A stretch of 64,000 nucleotides of DNA, from positions 434,001-498,000 of the forward strand of contig OZ025706.1 of NCBI GenBank assembly GCA_964019335.1. Direction: 5' to 3'. Shown here in pieces: positions 22,342-31,927 of the stretch. The notes under the pieces are model-generated. The model did no database searches. It saw only the letters and a program-made list of their open reading frames with translations, and was not told the origin of the DNA. How positions within the stretch are numbered: position 1 is the first letter of the stretch; each line of letters opens with the position of its first letter. A program made the position numbers and the translations under genes. Source of the stretch: Diplonema japonicum. Its lineage: Eukaryota > Protista > Euglenozoa: Diplonemea.

Positions 22342-25300
22342 TTAAGTTTCAGGGCCCGAGTCTGGACTGACAGCAACGCCATCATCAGTCCTGGGGGGGC
22401 TGAGGGAGAAGGAACCGATCGAACCAGGGTCAGATTGTCTTCTGCCAGGGGCGTTGTCGAGCAGTGGTACCTCCTGCGCACTGCAGAAAGAAAGGCGGGT
22501 TGGTGAATTTGCGGGTGAGTGCGCCATAAGCCTCGAGAGCTGTGCTTCAGTAACGCGCGAAGTAGTGGCCACGGCAGACAGACCCAGGTGTAGCCTCTCG
22601 ACTTCTGTGAGATACGTGTTGAGGATTCTATCTAGCATCAGCGCAGCCTTCACTACATTGTCGCCTCCAAGCAACAGGCAGCAGAATGTTCCGTAAATAT
22701 CCGACACTAGTCTTCCTCGTGTCTCCAGCAACCACCCTAGCTTGTCTGTGTGCCACCCTACGCCCTCCTCGTAAGGGTCCCCAATGTCTACGTCAGTCGC
22801 CTTCGTCGCAACACTTAACTCGCAGTCAGGGTCCGCGAACTTCGTGGCCAGCCTGCACCCCAACTCCTCTGCTTCTTCCTTCGTGTCCCTGAAGACCCTG
22901 AAGGTGACTATGGTGGAACCTTTCCTGACGTCCAGCACTTCGACATCCTCCGCTGGTAGCCCTGCTTCGTCCATGATCTGCTGCACGAAGTCCTGCTGCT
23001 TGTACTCCTCGATAGGCAGGTCCATTGTCACTGTCACGGGTGGCGATGGATACCGCATGGGCCGCTTCAGCTCTGCTCGCTCCGCTACCTGCTGCTGCTG
23101 CTGCTGCTGCTGGCGCCGTTCCCGTTGCAGGATTACTTCGAATTCATCTCGCGCCCCGCTCTCGCACCTCATGCGCAGGATGGGATCTTGTAACACCAGC
23201 TCCGCTAAAATATCTGCAGCACGGTCTCTCGCCGACATCTGATCTTCGTTCACCGAGGCTTTCTTCCATTCCTCTTCCAGCATGTTATCCGCCAGACTGC
23301 CATCTGGGTCTAATGGTGCCCCCTTTTGTCGCTGCTGCAGCAGTTCATCAACAGCAGTCAAAGCCAGCGACGAGCTCAGTGCAGACGGTAAGTTTCCCTT
23401 CGCCAGCTCATACACTCGGAGTGCCTTCCCTAGATCCGTCTTGCTTTCCCGGAGCTCGTTTAGTTCTGCTTCAGCTTCTTCTAGTTTTTCTAGTACAGAG
23501 CTCAGGGGTATGTCCCTCTCCTCTAGTTGCTCTTTGCATTGGCGCAGCTCCAAGTCGCATGTCTCTAAGTCACGCAGAAGCCTGTCGCAGTTTACACACT
23601 TCTTCTGCAGCAGAACCTCCACCTCGTCCCTCGACTCCTTTAGCTCTTTCAAGATGTCCTCGGCCACGTTCTCTGTCTGACTCACCTGTGCTTGCAGGTT
23701 TGTATTTTCCACCATCAACGCATTGTTGGACTGCTTCAATGTGGATTCGCTGTTCTGTGCTTTCTTAAGGAGGTCCAGTAGTCTGTCTGCTGATTGCACT
23801 GCCTCTTCCTTTTGTGCCTTTGCAAGTTCTAAAAGGTCTTTAGGGGGTCCTAGCTCTTTGTCGGTGTTGCACCCTATGTTCCTTTTGAACACCTTACTGG
23901 AGTGCGGCAGGTTCACTCTGGGGTCAGCCTCTGTGAAATCCATTCCCAGCACTTCCAATGCGCTCATCCCTGTAGAGGCATCTGCTGTATTGGCACTGTC
24001 GGTGTGCGTGTCTTTGTCACTAGTGGTGTGCGCTACGCAGCAGGTACTCGCTGTAGCCGTTTCAGGGACTTCTTGGACTCCGGCTTCGGCAGTAGCTGGT
24101 GCTGGTGTTCTGGATCTGTTGACTGCACTGAACATGCCCATTTGCTTGAGGACGGGCCCTGCCAGTGGTGATGTGGACCTCTCGAGTGTGTTGGTCATGT
24201 TTGCGTCAGTTTGAGAAGACGTGGCAGCAACCCCAAAGGATGGGCCGCAGGCCTCATCACGTACCTGGACTGCACTACCGTGTGGCTGCTTCCTTGTCTC
24301 TCCCACCTCGATGACAATGCGTCCGTGGGACTCGCTCTTAGGTCTTGCGCAAGTGAAGAGGGGCGGCACGGTCGGCAGTATGGTCGGCGATTGCGTCGTG
24401 CACGGCGAAAGTGTCTCAGAGGACACATCCGAGATCTCTGTGCTAGAGGCCTTGGGGTGCTGGATGTCGCTCCCCAGTGACGTGTGGCTCAGGTGGAGAG
24501 TACTGAGTCTCTCGGAACTGAGAACAGTGCCTACAGTGCTGACGTACGAATGCCTGTCACCTCTTTGCAGCCTTGGTATCGCGTGGCGTTCAGGAGACCA
24601 CCGTTCAGGACTTCCCTCTTGCTTCTGTTCATCCAGACCGAGCGAGATGACGAGCTCAGCACCGGCGGCAGGGTCAGAATGTCCAAGCCGCGAGCCCAGT
24701 TTAACTACTAAATCGTCTTTGGGGAACTTCATCAAGTCAATGACAACAGCCACTTGCCCGATGCAGCCTGTGTAACTACAGACATCAAGGATCATGACTT
24801 TCTTGTGGTGCGGCTCCGATACGGGGTATGCAAAGGTTTCATTCCAAATAGTTTGCTTGCTTTGTGAGGTATACTGTGTGCCTCTCCCATCAAGGCTAAC
24901 TGCGACATGCGTCGCACTCTCCGGGAGTCCCCTTCCATAGCACACAGTGACCAGCAGCTTCGCCGTGATCTCATCATTAGTGATTGTCATTGCCAGGTCA
25001 TGGCACGTATCCTGGCACTCGACCACATTTGAAGCTGGAGATGAAGCAGCAGAGCTCGCGGAAGAGTGCTGCACGCATGAAGTGTCCTCTTCCCGCAGAT
25101 ACATGACGTACGGGTGCCATGACGGTGGCTCGGGTGGCTCTGGCTGCTTGTATACACATGCGGGGTATGGGTCGCATTCCTCGTCACTTAGCTCTTCCTC
25201 TTCTTCGTTTTTCATCCTCTCTGCCTCTTCCCTTTGCTTTGCAAGCATCTGTTCATATTTAACTTGTTCTAAATATTTTTCGTACAAAGAACCCTCTTTG

Positions 25301-28300
25301 GACATCGGACGTTGGCTGGGACTGATGGTCAGCATTTTCCTCGGTGCCCGCCTTGGAGGAGAAGAGAACCCACTGCGCGCGGAACCCACAGAGTTGGTGC
25401 TACCGCCTAACATGTCCTGCTTGTCTTCTTTATCTTCTTTGTCCTCTTTGTCGTCCTGCACGGAGCCGCCGGGGCTGTCTAGCATCATGGGCCCGTCGTA
25501 GGGGCTGGGACCGCGCATCATGCCAGCCTCACCTAAGATATCCAACAAGGACTCTTGGCTGAGGGGGGTTGAGTCCACACGCCTGATGGCGAGCATCTTC
25601 TGTTTGCGTTCCTTCCTTGTGCCCAGTCTCTTCAGGAGCGGCGGTTCAGGTTCCCCATCTACAGGATTGATGGGGCTTGCAGCACTCTCATCATCACACG
25701 AAAGCGAGCTCTGCGACGGGGAAGTCATCACAGCAGGAGGTCTCGGCCGTTGGATACTACTGTGGTGCAGCACGCCACCGTTGCTGCACACCAGCTCGCC
25801 GTTGCTCACCATGAGGCCATCGTTCAACCAGCCGCCTGGTGCTCCCGATAAAATGGACACCACTTTGCCCTTTTTCATACTCTTCTCATTGTCGAAGGTG
25901 AACCTAAGTTGTTTGTCTTTTATGTTCATATGAAACACATCTGTCGGGAGGAAAGCAGAAACCAGGCAGGTTGTTGCCATCGACACCTCACCAGTGCTCT
26001 CGTCTACCAATCGGGCCAGCAGTCTCAGGACAGTGCCTTGGGTCACGGAGAAGAAATGAAGCCTGGTGTTGAAGATCGCCTTCAGCTCATCTGTAGATGC
26101 TGTCTCTGTTTTCTGCATCTCGGCGTCATCAACAGCGAGCCCTACGCTGTAAATGTGATCTCTCTCAGCCCCTAGCAGCGCCAAGACGGTGATGGAAAAG
26201 GCAGGCGTCGTTAGCGCAAACGTTGAGCTTTCAAGTGCGCTGCTGTTGGGTGACTTGACTATCTTGACTGTGTGTGCACTGCTGTCGCAAACCTCACCAG
26301 GCTGCGAGGACTGCGATCCTTGGAGCGACAGGCCTGCCTGAGGAGTGAACTCACCAGTCTGTGGAGTAAAATCACCTGGTGGCTGGGAGTACTGCGACAT
26401 GTTTTGAAGAGAAACGTCCCCACTTTCTGCTTCCGGTGAAAACTGCAGTAACCCCTGTGCTGTTTCAGCTTGAGTTTCGAAAGACTGCAGTTCAGCGTGG
26501 CGGGAAGCTTCCTCAGATGCATCAAACTCGTCGGGCGACGCACTGGAGTGCGAGTCGGGGGACATGGCTGTGCTCAAGCTGTTCTTTGTGTCAACCACTT
26601 CGTGCTGGTAGAGACATCCGTCTTCTGTCCTCAAAGATGCAAACAAGATGACCTCAGCACTGGGCATCAACCTAACAGAAATAGGTTTCGAAAGGTCCGC
26701 GGTGCTGAGGCTCGTGGTGACCCCCTGGTGCTTAGGTGTCGAAAGTCGCATTGTGCTGTAACCAGTTCCGAAGGGAAGTGTCACAGATCTGCATTCTTGC
26801 AGCTTGAACGACCTCCCATCTACGTCTATCACACAGTAATCACTGCCGGTGATTTTGACGACAGTTAAGTCAATACAGCGCTCTCGCAGCTGCTCCCTCC
26901 GCAGTGCCCTGTCCAAGCGCAGTGTGGGCGACAGTGTCATGTCGTCGGCCAAAGACGCTGGGTGGCCATCAATGGGATGCATCACAACCTTTTCGGTTAG
27001 TTGTGTCTCGTACTGCACCACCTTGGCTTCAACTGTCAAGAAGCAAACATTAGTGCATCTTGTGTCAGTGGTGAGCTGCTGGATAGACGGCAGACTGGCA
27101 GGGTTGATTACCATGTACGCAGAAGTGGTATCTTTCCCGTGGAGGGTCCACCTAACGTGGGTTGGCTTCTCGCAGTGAGCGTGCAACGTTAGAGGTGCAT
27201 CGGTAGCAATAGCCCTGCCGTACTTCGAGTTGGGGGGACAGTGCAGAGACACCTTTTCCGAGGTGTCAGCACCTTTGACACTCGACAACGACAGCTCAAT
27301 AAGCATTTTTCCTTCCGGTAGTTCTAACATCGCCTGCTGTGGAGCCGCACAGACACTCTCCCTGCGCAGGGCCCTTTGGAGCCTTGTTTTCACTGGCAAT
27401 GTGATCTCATCAGCACATGACATGCAAGACTCTAGAGCGGAATAGTACTTGTGCAGCAATGCTCTATTCCTGTGTTCCGACATGCGGTTCTCGAGGTAGC
27501 TTGCAACCTTTCTGCCTCGCTGTTTGCGGTGCCGCAGACGGAGGAGTTTCATCCATGCCCTGCACCTAATGAGGTTATTGGAACCAGTGAGCAACGCCAG
27601 GGCCGTGCTTGCCGGCGGTATTGTTTTTTGCACCTTCCTTCTCTCCCGCGGCACGGACGCATCATGCGACGCTTGCCTGTAAAGAAGCTCGACACCCTCG
27701 AGAGCCCGCTTCAGCGCGTCGGACACAGACTGGTCGTAGTCGAGGTCGCCGCACCCCAGACCTTCGTTCTCGAGCCGTGTGGTCATTTTGTCGATAGAGT
27801 CAAGCAGTGTCTTGCTCTCCTCCAATGCCGTTGTGAGGGGATGTACGATGTCCGTTTGGGTGGATTTTTCGCCGCAATGGACGGGCGTCCACTCGTCGCC
27901 TGTTGACTCGAACGAGGGCATGGGCTCTGGTAGCGGACTGATGGGCACTGGGGCACTGTGCAAGTCAGCGTGGTCAGCAACGATGTCGTCCTTGCACATC
28001 ACACTCACAGGTGGCAATCCCAAGCCACACCTCAGCACTAACTTTGCATCAGTCGAGAGCTTCATGAAGCCATCTATGCTGTTTGCCGCTTCGCCCACAA
28101 GCCTGAATACCACAAACGCATCAAAGGGTACCGTGTGCAACAGCTGGAAGTCCTCTGCATGCTTCAACACACACCTTTCTACAAGCTTCGAAGTGAACAC
28201 ATCAACCTGTTCTGGCGTCTGCTGCTCCAGCCACATCATGGGTGACGTGCGATCTCTCAGAGGTGATCCGTACTTGCAGATGGCATTTGTGAGCCCAACA

Positions 28301-30672
28301 CGGAGCTCGCCCGGCATGTCTTGAATCTCAAGCGACACTTCTTCCGACTCAGCAGCGGCAGCGGTGATGGGGACCTCCGCCACTCCAAGTATGTTATCCA
28401 AAGTATCCCAAACTTCAAGGCGCAGGATCTGGCTTCTTTCAAACCGTAGCACAAAAGCCTCCTCTGTGAAGCTCCCAATGCTTGCTTTGTACTGCTGACC
28501 GGCAGCATGAAGTACGATGTACGAAGAGGGTGACAGGAATGTGCACGACTCAAGCGTGATGCTAACTAAACATTCATTGATATTCACGAGCGACGTGCTG
28601 GCGGCTTCCTTCGACTTCCCTATCTGTGTCTGTATCGCTGCAAGGATGTCGTCCTCTACTCTAATGTGCGCCAGGTGGTTGCGTCGGTTCCGCACAGCGC
28701 GCAACAGCTTCTTGTTCACGTTCTGCAGCTCAGCCTCGGTCCGCTCTTTCTCTCTCACGAGAAGTTCCATCGCTTCGGATGCGTCACCCAACCCCGTGGC
28801 AAGTTCATCGTCTGCTTTCAAGAGCTCGATAGCTTCCGTCAGCTCCGCCAGCTTTGTCAGGATATTCTCATGTGCGTTGTGGAGTTCGTACCAGTCTAGC
28901 TGCGTGTTCGGACCAGCCATCTTGGGAGTTGCTGAAGGACTTGAAGTAAATGTCGATGAGCGTTTCCTAATGACGGGGGATCCAAGGAAGTTCTCGCCCA
29001 GTCTCAGCGGCGACGGTGCTCTCAGGGACTCATCGATCGATGGGCTCTTTGGATCTACTGCTTGTGCCGCCTGTACTGCTGCATCGTTCAATAAAGGTGT
29101 GTTTGTCTGTGTTTCCGCATGAGCGGTCACCGTCAACACTTCCGGTTGCATTGCCTGCTTTTTAAGCTCTTCATGAACATCAGATAGCGACTGCACAGCC
29201 TCCTGCATGGCAACCCTTGCAGGCTGTTCTGCCTGCAAAGCAGCGTTCAGCTTCAAGTTTTCCTCCTTGAGCACTCGCTCGACCTCTTTCAAGCCCAGTC
29301 TCGTCGACAGTACATCTAGCTTCCGTTCAATGGCGGCATGCTCCTCCTGCAGACGTAGGTTCTGCGCCTCTAGGGCTTCCGTCGTTTCAGCTCGTTCTTG
29401 CATTTTTTTGCATGCCGCTTTGGCATCTTCTAGCTCCATGTTAGCAATATGCAAGTCTTCCGCTATTGCTTTGGTGTGCTGTGCCTCTTGTGTGGCTCCC
29501 TTTAACTGTGACAACAGGTTTGCTGTCTCTTGGTCCTTCGTCGCCAATATGGATGTCGCCTCTTCAAGACGCGTACCTAAGTTGGACAACTCTTCTTCTA
29601 TAATATCTATTTTCGAGTTCGACGCTTTGATGTCCACGCGCAGCGTAGTTGCTGTCTCCACCGAGGTGCTCAGCTCTGCTGTCAGGGCGGATATCTTGCG
29701 CTCTCTGGATTCCAGCTCTTCTGTTAGTTCGGCATTCGTTCTGCGGAGTTCGATCTCAGGGATGTGTTCATGCAGCCACTGTGCTAACTTCTGCTCCGAC
29801 GCAGTAACCTTTGCTTCCCAGTCCTTCACAAGCACCTGTGCCTTCTCCTCTTTGCGGATTGCTTCTATTGAAATGGCCTCGGACTCGTCTGCCTTGACTT
29901 CCAACTTCTCGACTTCCTCCTCTGCTTCACGTGCCCGTTTCGTCACTGCGTCGTTCGCCAGCTGCATCTTCTGGATTTGCACCTTTGCCGTGCCCAGCTG
30001 TACATCTAACGATGTCGCGTTCTCCGCCAAGGCTGCTAGCTTCGAAACTTCCCCCTTCAGCTCGTTGTTGGCAGCTATAGATTCCTCGAGTTCTTGTTGT
30101 ATTTTTTCTAACTCGATTGCTAGCTTCCCCTTGAGGGGCGGCGCAGATTTTCCTGCTTTTTCACGGAAGGCACGCAGTCTGTCATTGGTTGTCTCCTCGA
30201 GGGATCCGTCCATGGCTAGCTGTAGCGACCTCTCGCGGACCCTTGCCTCCGCCTTCAGGGCACGGTTCTCATTGACAATATTTTCAAACTCCTTCTGAAG
30301 GGCTGTGTACTTCTTGGTAAGCTCAGGGTAGTCCTCCACCATGTACTTCAGGTTCAGGACATTGAAGTGGTTGGCAAGAGTATCCCGCAGTGTGGCCTCA
30401 TTCCCTTCAGTCAACTCTTTTCTAAGCTTTTCATTCATTATCACTTTCATTTGCTCCTCGTTCGCTTTCTCCATCTCCAGCTTTTCCAGCAGCCCTTCTG
30501 TGATAAACTGCGCTTCCCTTATCGGACTCCCTTCTCTTGCTGTCTGCGAAGCGTTTTGCGTGCTGTCTATTGGGGCAGTGTCCATTGGGGTAGTGTCCAT
30601 GCAGTAATCATTTAACAGGTTCTCCAACTCCGCCTCACCTGCGTCATCTCCTACAGACTCTCTCTTCAACAT
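22342..30672 (-). CDS. Giant (2776 aa) coiled-coil protein with several C2-like domains
   Basis: Uninterrupted 8.3-kb ORF with long heptad regions. C2-like segments LLVTVCYGRGL...WNETF and LRLEVWD...LGVAEV. Confidence 0.85.
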   Translation of the reverse strand: MLKRESVGDDAGEAELENLLNDYCMDTTPMDTAPIDSTQNASQTAREGSPIREAQFITEGLLEKLEMEKANEEQMKVIMNEKLRKELTEGNEATLRDTLANHFNVLNLKYMVEDYPELTKKYTALQKEFENIVNENRALKAEARVRERSLQLAMDGSLEETTNDRLRAFREKAGKSAPPLKGKLAIELEKIQQELEESIAANNELKGEVSKLAALAENATSLDVQLGTAKVQIQKMQLANDAVTKRAREAEEEVEKLEVKADESEAISIEAIRKEEKAQVLVKDWEAKVTASEQKLAQWLHEHIPEIELRRTNAELTEELESRERKISALTAELSTSVETATTLRVDIKASNSKIDIIEEELSNLGTRLEEATSILATKDQETANLLSQLKGATQEAQHTKAIAEDLHIANMELEDAKAACKKMQERAETTEALEAQNLRLQEEHAAIERKLDVLSTRLGLKEVERVLKEENLKLNAALQAEQPARVAMQEAVQSLSDVHEELKKQAMQPEVLTVTAHAETQTNTPLLNDAAVQAAQAVDPKSPSIDESLRAPSPLRLGENFLGSPVIRKRSSTFTSSPSATPKMAGPNTQLDWYELHNAHENILTKLAELTEAIELLKADDELATGLGDASEAMELLVREKERTEAELQNVNKKLLRAVRNRRNHLAHIRVEDDILAAIQTQIGKSKEAASTSLVNINECLVSITLESCTFLSPSSYIVLHAAGQQYKASIGSFTEEAFVLRFERSQILRLEVWDTLDNILGVAEVPITAAAAESEEVSLEIQDMPGELRVGLTNAICKYGSPLRDRTSPMMWLEQQTPEQVDVFTSKLVERCVLKHAEDFQLLHTVPFDAFVVFRLVGEAANSIDGFMKLSTDAKLVLRCGLGLPPVSVMCKDDIVADHADLHSAPVPISPLPEPMPSFESTGDEWTPVHCGEKSTQTDIVHPLTTALEESKTLLDSIDKMTTRLENEGLGCGDLDYDQSVSDALKRALEGVELLYRQASHDASVPRERRKVQKTIPPASTALALLTGSNNLIRCRAWMKLLRLRHRKQRGRKVASYLENRMSEHRNRALLHKYYSALESCMSCADEITLPVKTRLQRALRRESVCAAPQQAMLELPEGKMLIELSLSSVKGADTSEKVSLHCPPNSKYGRAIATDAPLTLHAHCEKPTHVRWTLHGKDTTSAYMVINPASLPSIQQLTTDTRCTNVCFLTVEAKVVQYETQLTEKVVMHPIDGHPASLADDMTLSPTLRLDRALRREQLRERCIDLTVVKITGSDYCVIDVDGRSFKLQECRSVTLPFGTGYSTMRLSTPKHQGVTTSLSTADLSKPISVRLMPSAEVILFASLRTEDGCLYQHEVVDTKNSLSTAMSPDSHSSASPDEFDASEEASRHAELQSFETQAETAQGLLQFSPEAESGDVSLQNMSQYSQPPGDFTPQTGEFTPQAGLSLQGSQSSQPGEVCDSSAHTVKIVKSPNSSALESSTFALTTPAFSITVLALLGAERDHIYSVGLAVDDAEMQKTETASTDELKAIFNTRLHFFSVTQGTVLRLLARLVDESTGEVSMATTCLVSAFLPTDVFHMNIKDKQLRFTFDNEKSMKKGKVVSILSGAPGGWLNDGLMVSNGELVCSNGGVLHHSSIQRPRPPAVMTSPSQSSLSCDDESAASPINPVDGEPEPPLLKRLGTRKERKQKMLAIRRVDSTPLSQESLLDILGEAGMMRGPSPYDGPMMLDSPGGSVQDDKEDKEDKEDKQDMLGGSTNSVGSARSGFSSPPRRAPRKMLTISPSQRPMSKEGSLYEKYLEQVKYEQMLAKQREEAERMKNEEEEELSDEECDPYPACVYKQPEPPEPPSWHPYVMYLREEDTSCVQHSSASSAASSPASNVVECQDTCHDLAMTITNDEITAKLLVTVCYGRGLPESATHVAVSLDGRGTQYTSQSKQTIWNETFAYPVSEPHHKKVMILDVCSYTGCIGQVAVVIDLMKFPKDDLVVKLGSRLGHSDPAAGAELVISLGLDEQKQEGSPERWSPERHAIPRLQRGDRHSYVSTVGTVLSSERLSTLHLSHTSLGSDIQHPKASSTEISDVSSETLSPCTTQSPTILPTVPPLFTCARPKSESHGRIVIEVGETRKQPHGSAVQVRDEACGPSFGVAATSSQTDANMTNTLERSTSPLAGPVLKQMGMFSAVNRSRTPAPATAEAGVQEVPETATASTCCVAHTTSDKDTHTDSANTADASTGMSALEVLGMDFTEADPRVNLPHSSKVFKRNIGCNTDKELGPPKDLLELAKAQKEEAVQSADRLLDLLKKAQNSESTLKQSNNALMVENTNLQAQVSQTENVAEDILKELKESRDEVEVLLQKKCVNCDRLLRDLETCDLELRQCKEQLEERDIPLSSVLEKLEEAEAELNELRESKTDLGKALRVYELAKGNLPSALSSSLALTAVDELLQQRQKGAPLDPDGSLADNMLEEEWKKASVNEDQMSARDRAADILAELVLQDPILRMRCESGARDEFEVILQRERRQQQQQQQQVAERAELKRPMRYPSPPVTVTMDLPIEEYKQQDFVQQIMDEAGLPAEDVEVLDVRKGSTIVTFRVFRDTKEEAEELGCRLATKFADPDCELSVATKATDVDIGDPYEEGVGWHTDKLGWLLETRGRLVSDIYGTFCCLLLGGDNVVKAALMLDRILNTYLTEVERLHLGLSAVATTSRVTEAQLSRLMAHSPANSPTRLSFCSAQEVPLLDNAPGRRQSDPGSIGSFSLSPPRTDDGVAVSPDSGPET

Positions 30673-30884
30673 CTGTAGTCATGCGCCTGTGTGCATGGCA
30701 TGGCGGGCAGTGAAAAATATAAAAGGACTGGATTCTAACTGTACAGACAAATGCAAATACAACAAAACAATGTAAACAACAGATAATAACAGCAGCTGTC
30801 CATCAGCACAGACTAGGCCAGGTCACAGACTAGGCCAGGTTGTTCTGCAGCATGTTGATCTGCGCATCGAGATGTTCAAGATAG

Positions 30885-31778
30885 TCATTTTGCGACTGCG
30901 ATATTATTATTTTCTTTTTTTTGATATGTGTTGCTGGATACCTTTTGTATTCTATCGAACTCATGGCTGCGAATGGGCTCAGGGAGCCTCCTCCTGGGGA
31001 TCGACGAGTAGCCTTGAGGGGTGACAGAGGCCGGCAGCGATGGCTGGTGGCTGTAACTAGTCGACAGCTTATAGGAAGCTGGCTTAATCCTCATCGGCGA
31101 CGTCGTAGGGGGCAGACCCGGAGAGTCAGAACGAGGCATAAATTCCCTTCTGGAAGGTGTCCCACTCTTAGGCGTGACCCTGCCTGTCATAGGCCTCTGC
31201 TTCTGGTGCTGGGCCACCACAAGATCCAACATTGACTCTTTCTGCAACATGTTCTCATGGGCAGCGGCCAGCTGTACTGTTAAATCGTCGACTGCAACCT
31301 GCAGTTGGCAGTTCCTGTCTTTCACATCGCCCAGCTCCACTGTTAGACTTCTCTCGATCAGTTCTTTCTCTTCCTGCATTTGACTCAGGTCCCTCTGCAG
31401 AAGTTGCACCTGCCGTTCCACAGTGTTGGCTTTGGAGTACTGCTGATCTGCGTCTTGCACCAACGAGAGGAGGTGGCTTAGCTCACCCTGTTTCTCATCT
31501 AGAATAACATCTTTATGGCGGAGTGCTGCAGTTAGTTCATGGACTCTTCTCGTGTCTGCAACCGCATCGTTTTTTTGGCTAAGCTCTGCCTGTGCTGCCT
31601 CAAGCCTACTCTGGACGGAGAGCAAAGCTCTGCACAGCAGGAATATAAGCCCTGCAACAAAGACCACCGTGCAGAACCCATCGAATCTTGTCAACAGCAC
31701 CCACAGCAGCGACGGATAGGCCTCCTCTACCTCAACTTCCACCTCAGGGGTGCTGAGGGGCTCTTCGTACTCGGACAT
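30885..31778 (-). CDS. Single-pass membrane coiled-coil protein
   Basis: TM FCTVVFVAGLIFLLCRALL, then a coiled coil and a Pro/Ser-rich tail. Confidence 0.75.
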   Translation of the reverse strand: MSEYEEPLSTPEVEVEVEEAYPSLLWVLLTRFDGFCTVVFVAGLIFLLCRALLSVQSRLEAAQAELSQKNDAVADTRRVHELTAALRHKDVILDEKQGELSHLLSLVQDADQQYSKANTVERQVQLLQRDLSQMQEEKELIERSLTVELGDVKDRNCQLQVAVDDLTVQLAAAHENMLQKESMLDLVVAQHQKQRPMTGRVTPKSGTPSRREFMPRSDSPGLPPTTSPMRIKPASYKLSTSYSHQPSLPASVTPQGYSSIPRRRLPEPIRSHEFDRIQKVSSNTYQKKENNNIAVAK

Positions 31779-31927
31779 GTTCTGGTCCTGTATGGTGCGA
31801 TGTCACTGAGCCAGTAAAGAAGATTCCACTTCGTCAGCAACGCAACAAGATGGGTGTAAACCCACCAGCACAGAGATATGAAGCAAAAAAAAAAGGGAGG
31901 GTGCAAAACGGCGGCAGTTGTAAAGGG

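Noticed and set aside
30807-30840. 17-bp direct tandem repeat CACAGACTAGGCCAGGT
   Set aside because: Simple local duplication with nothing inserted between copies.
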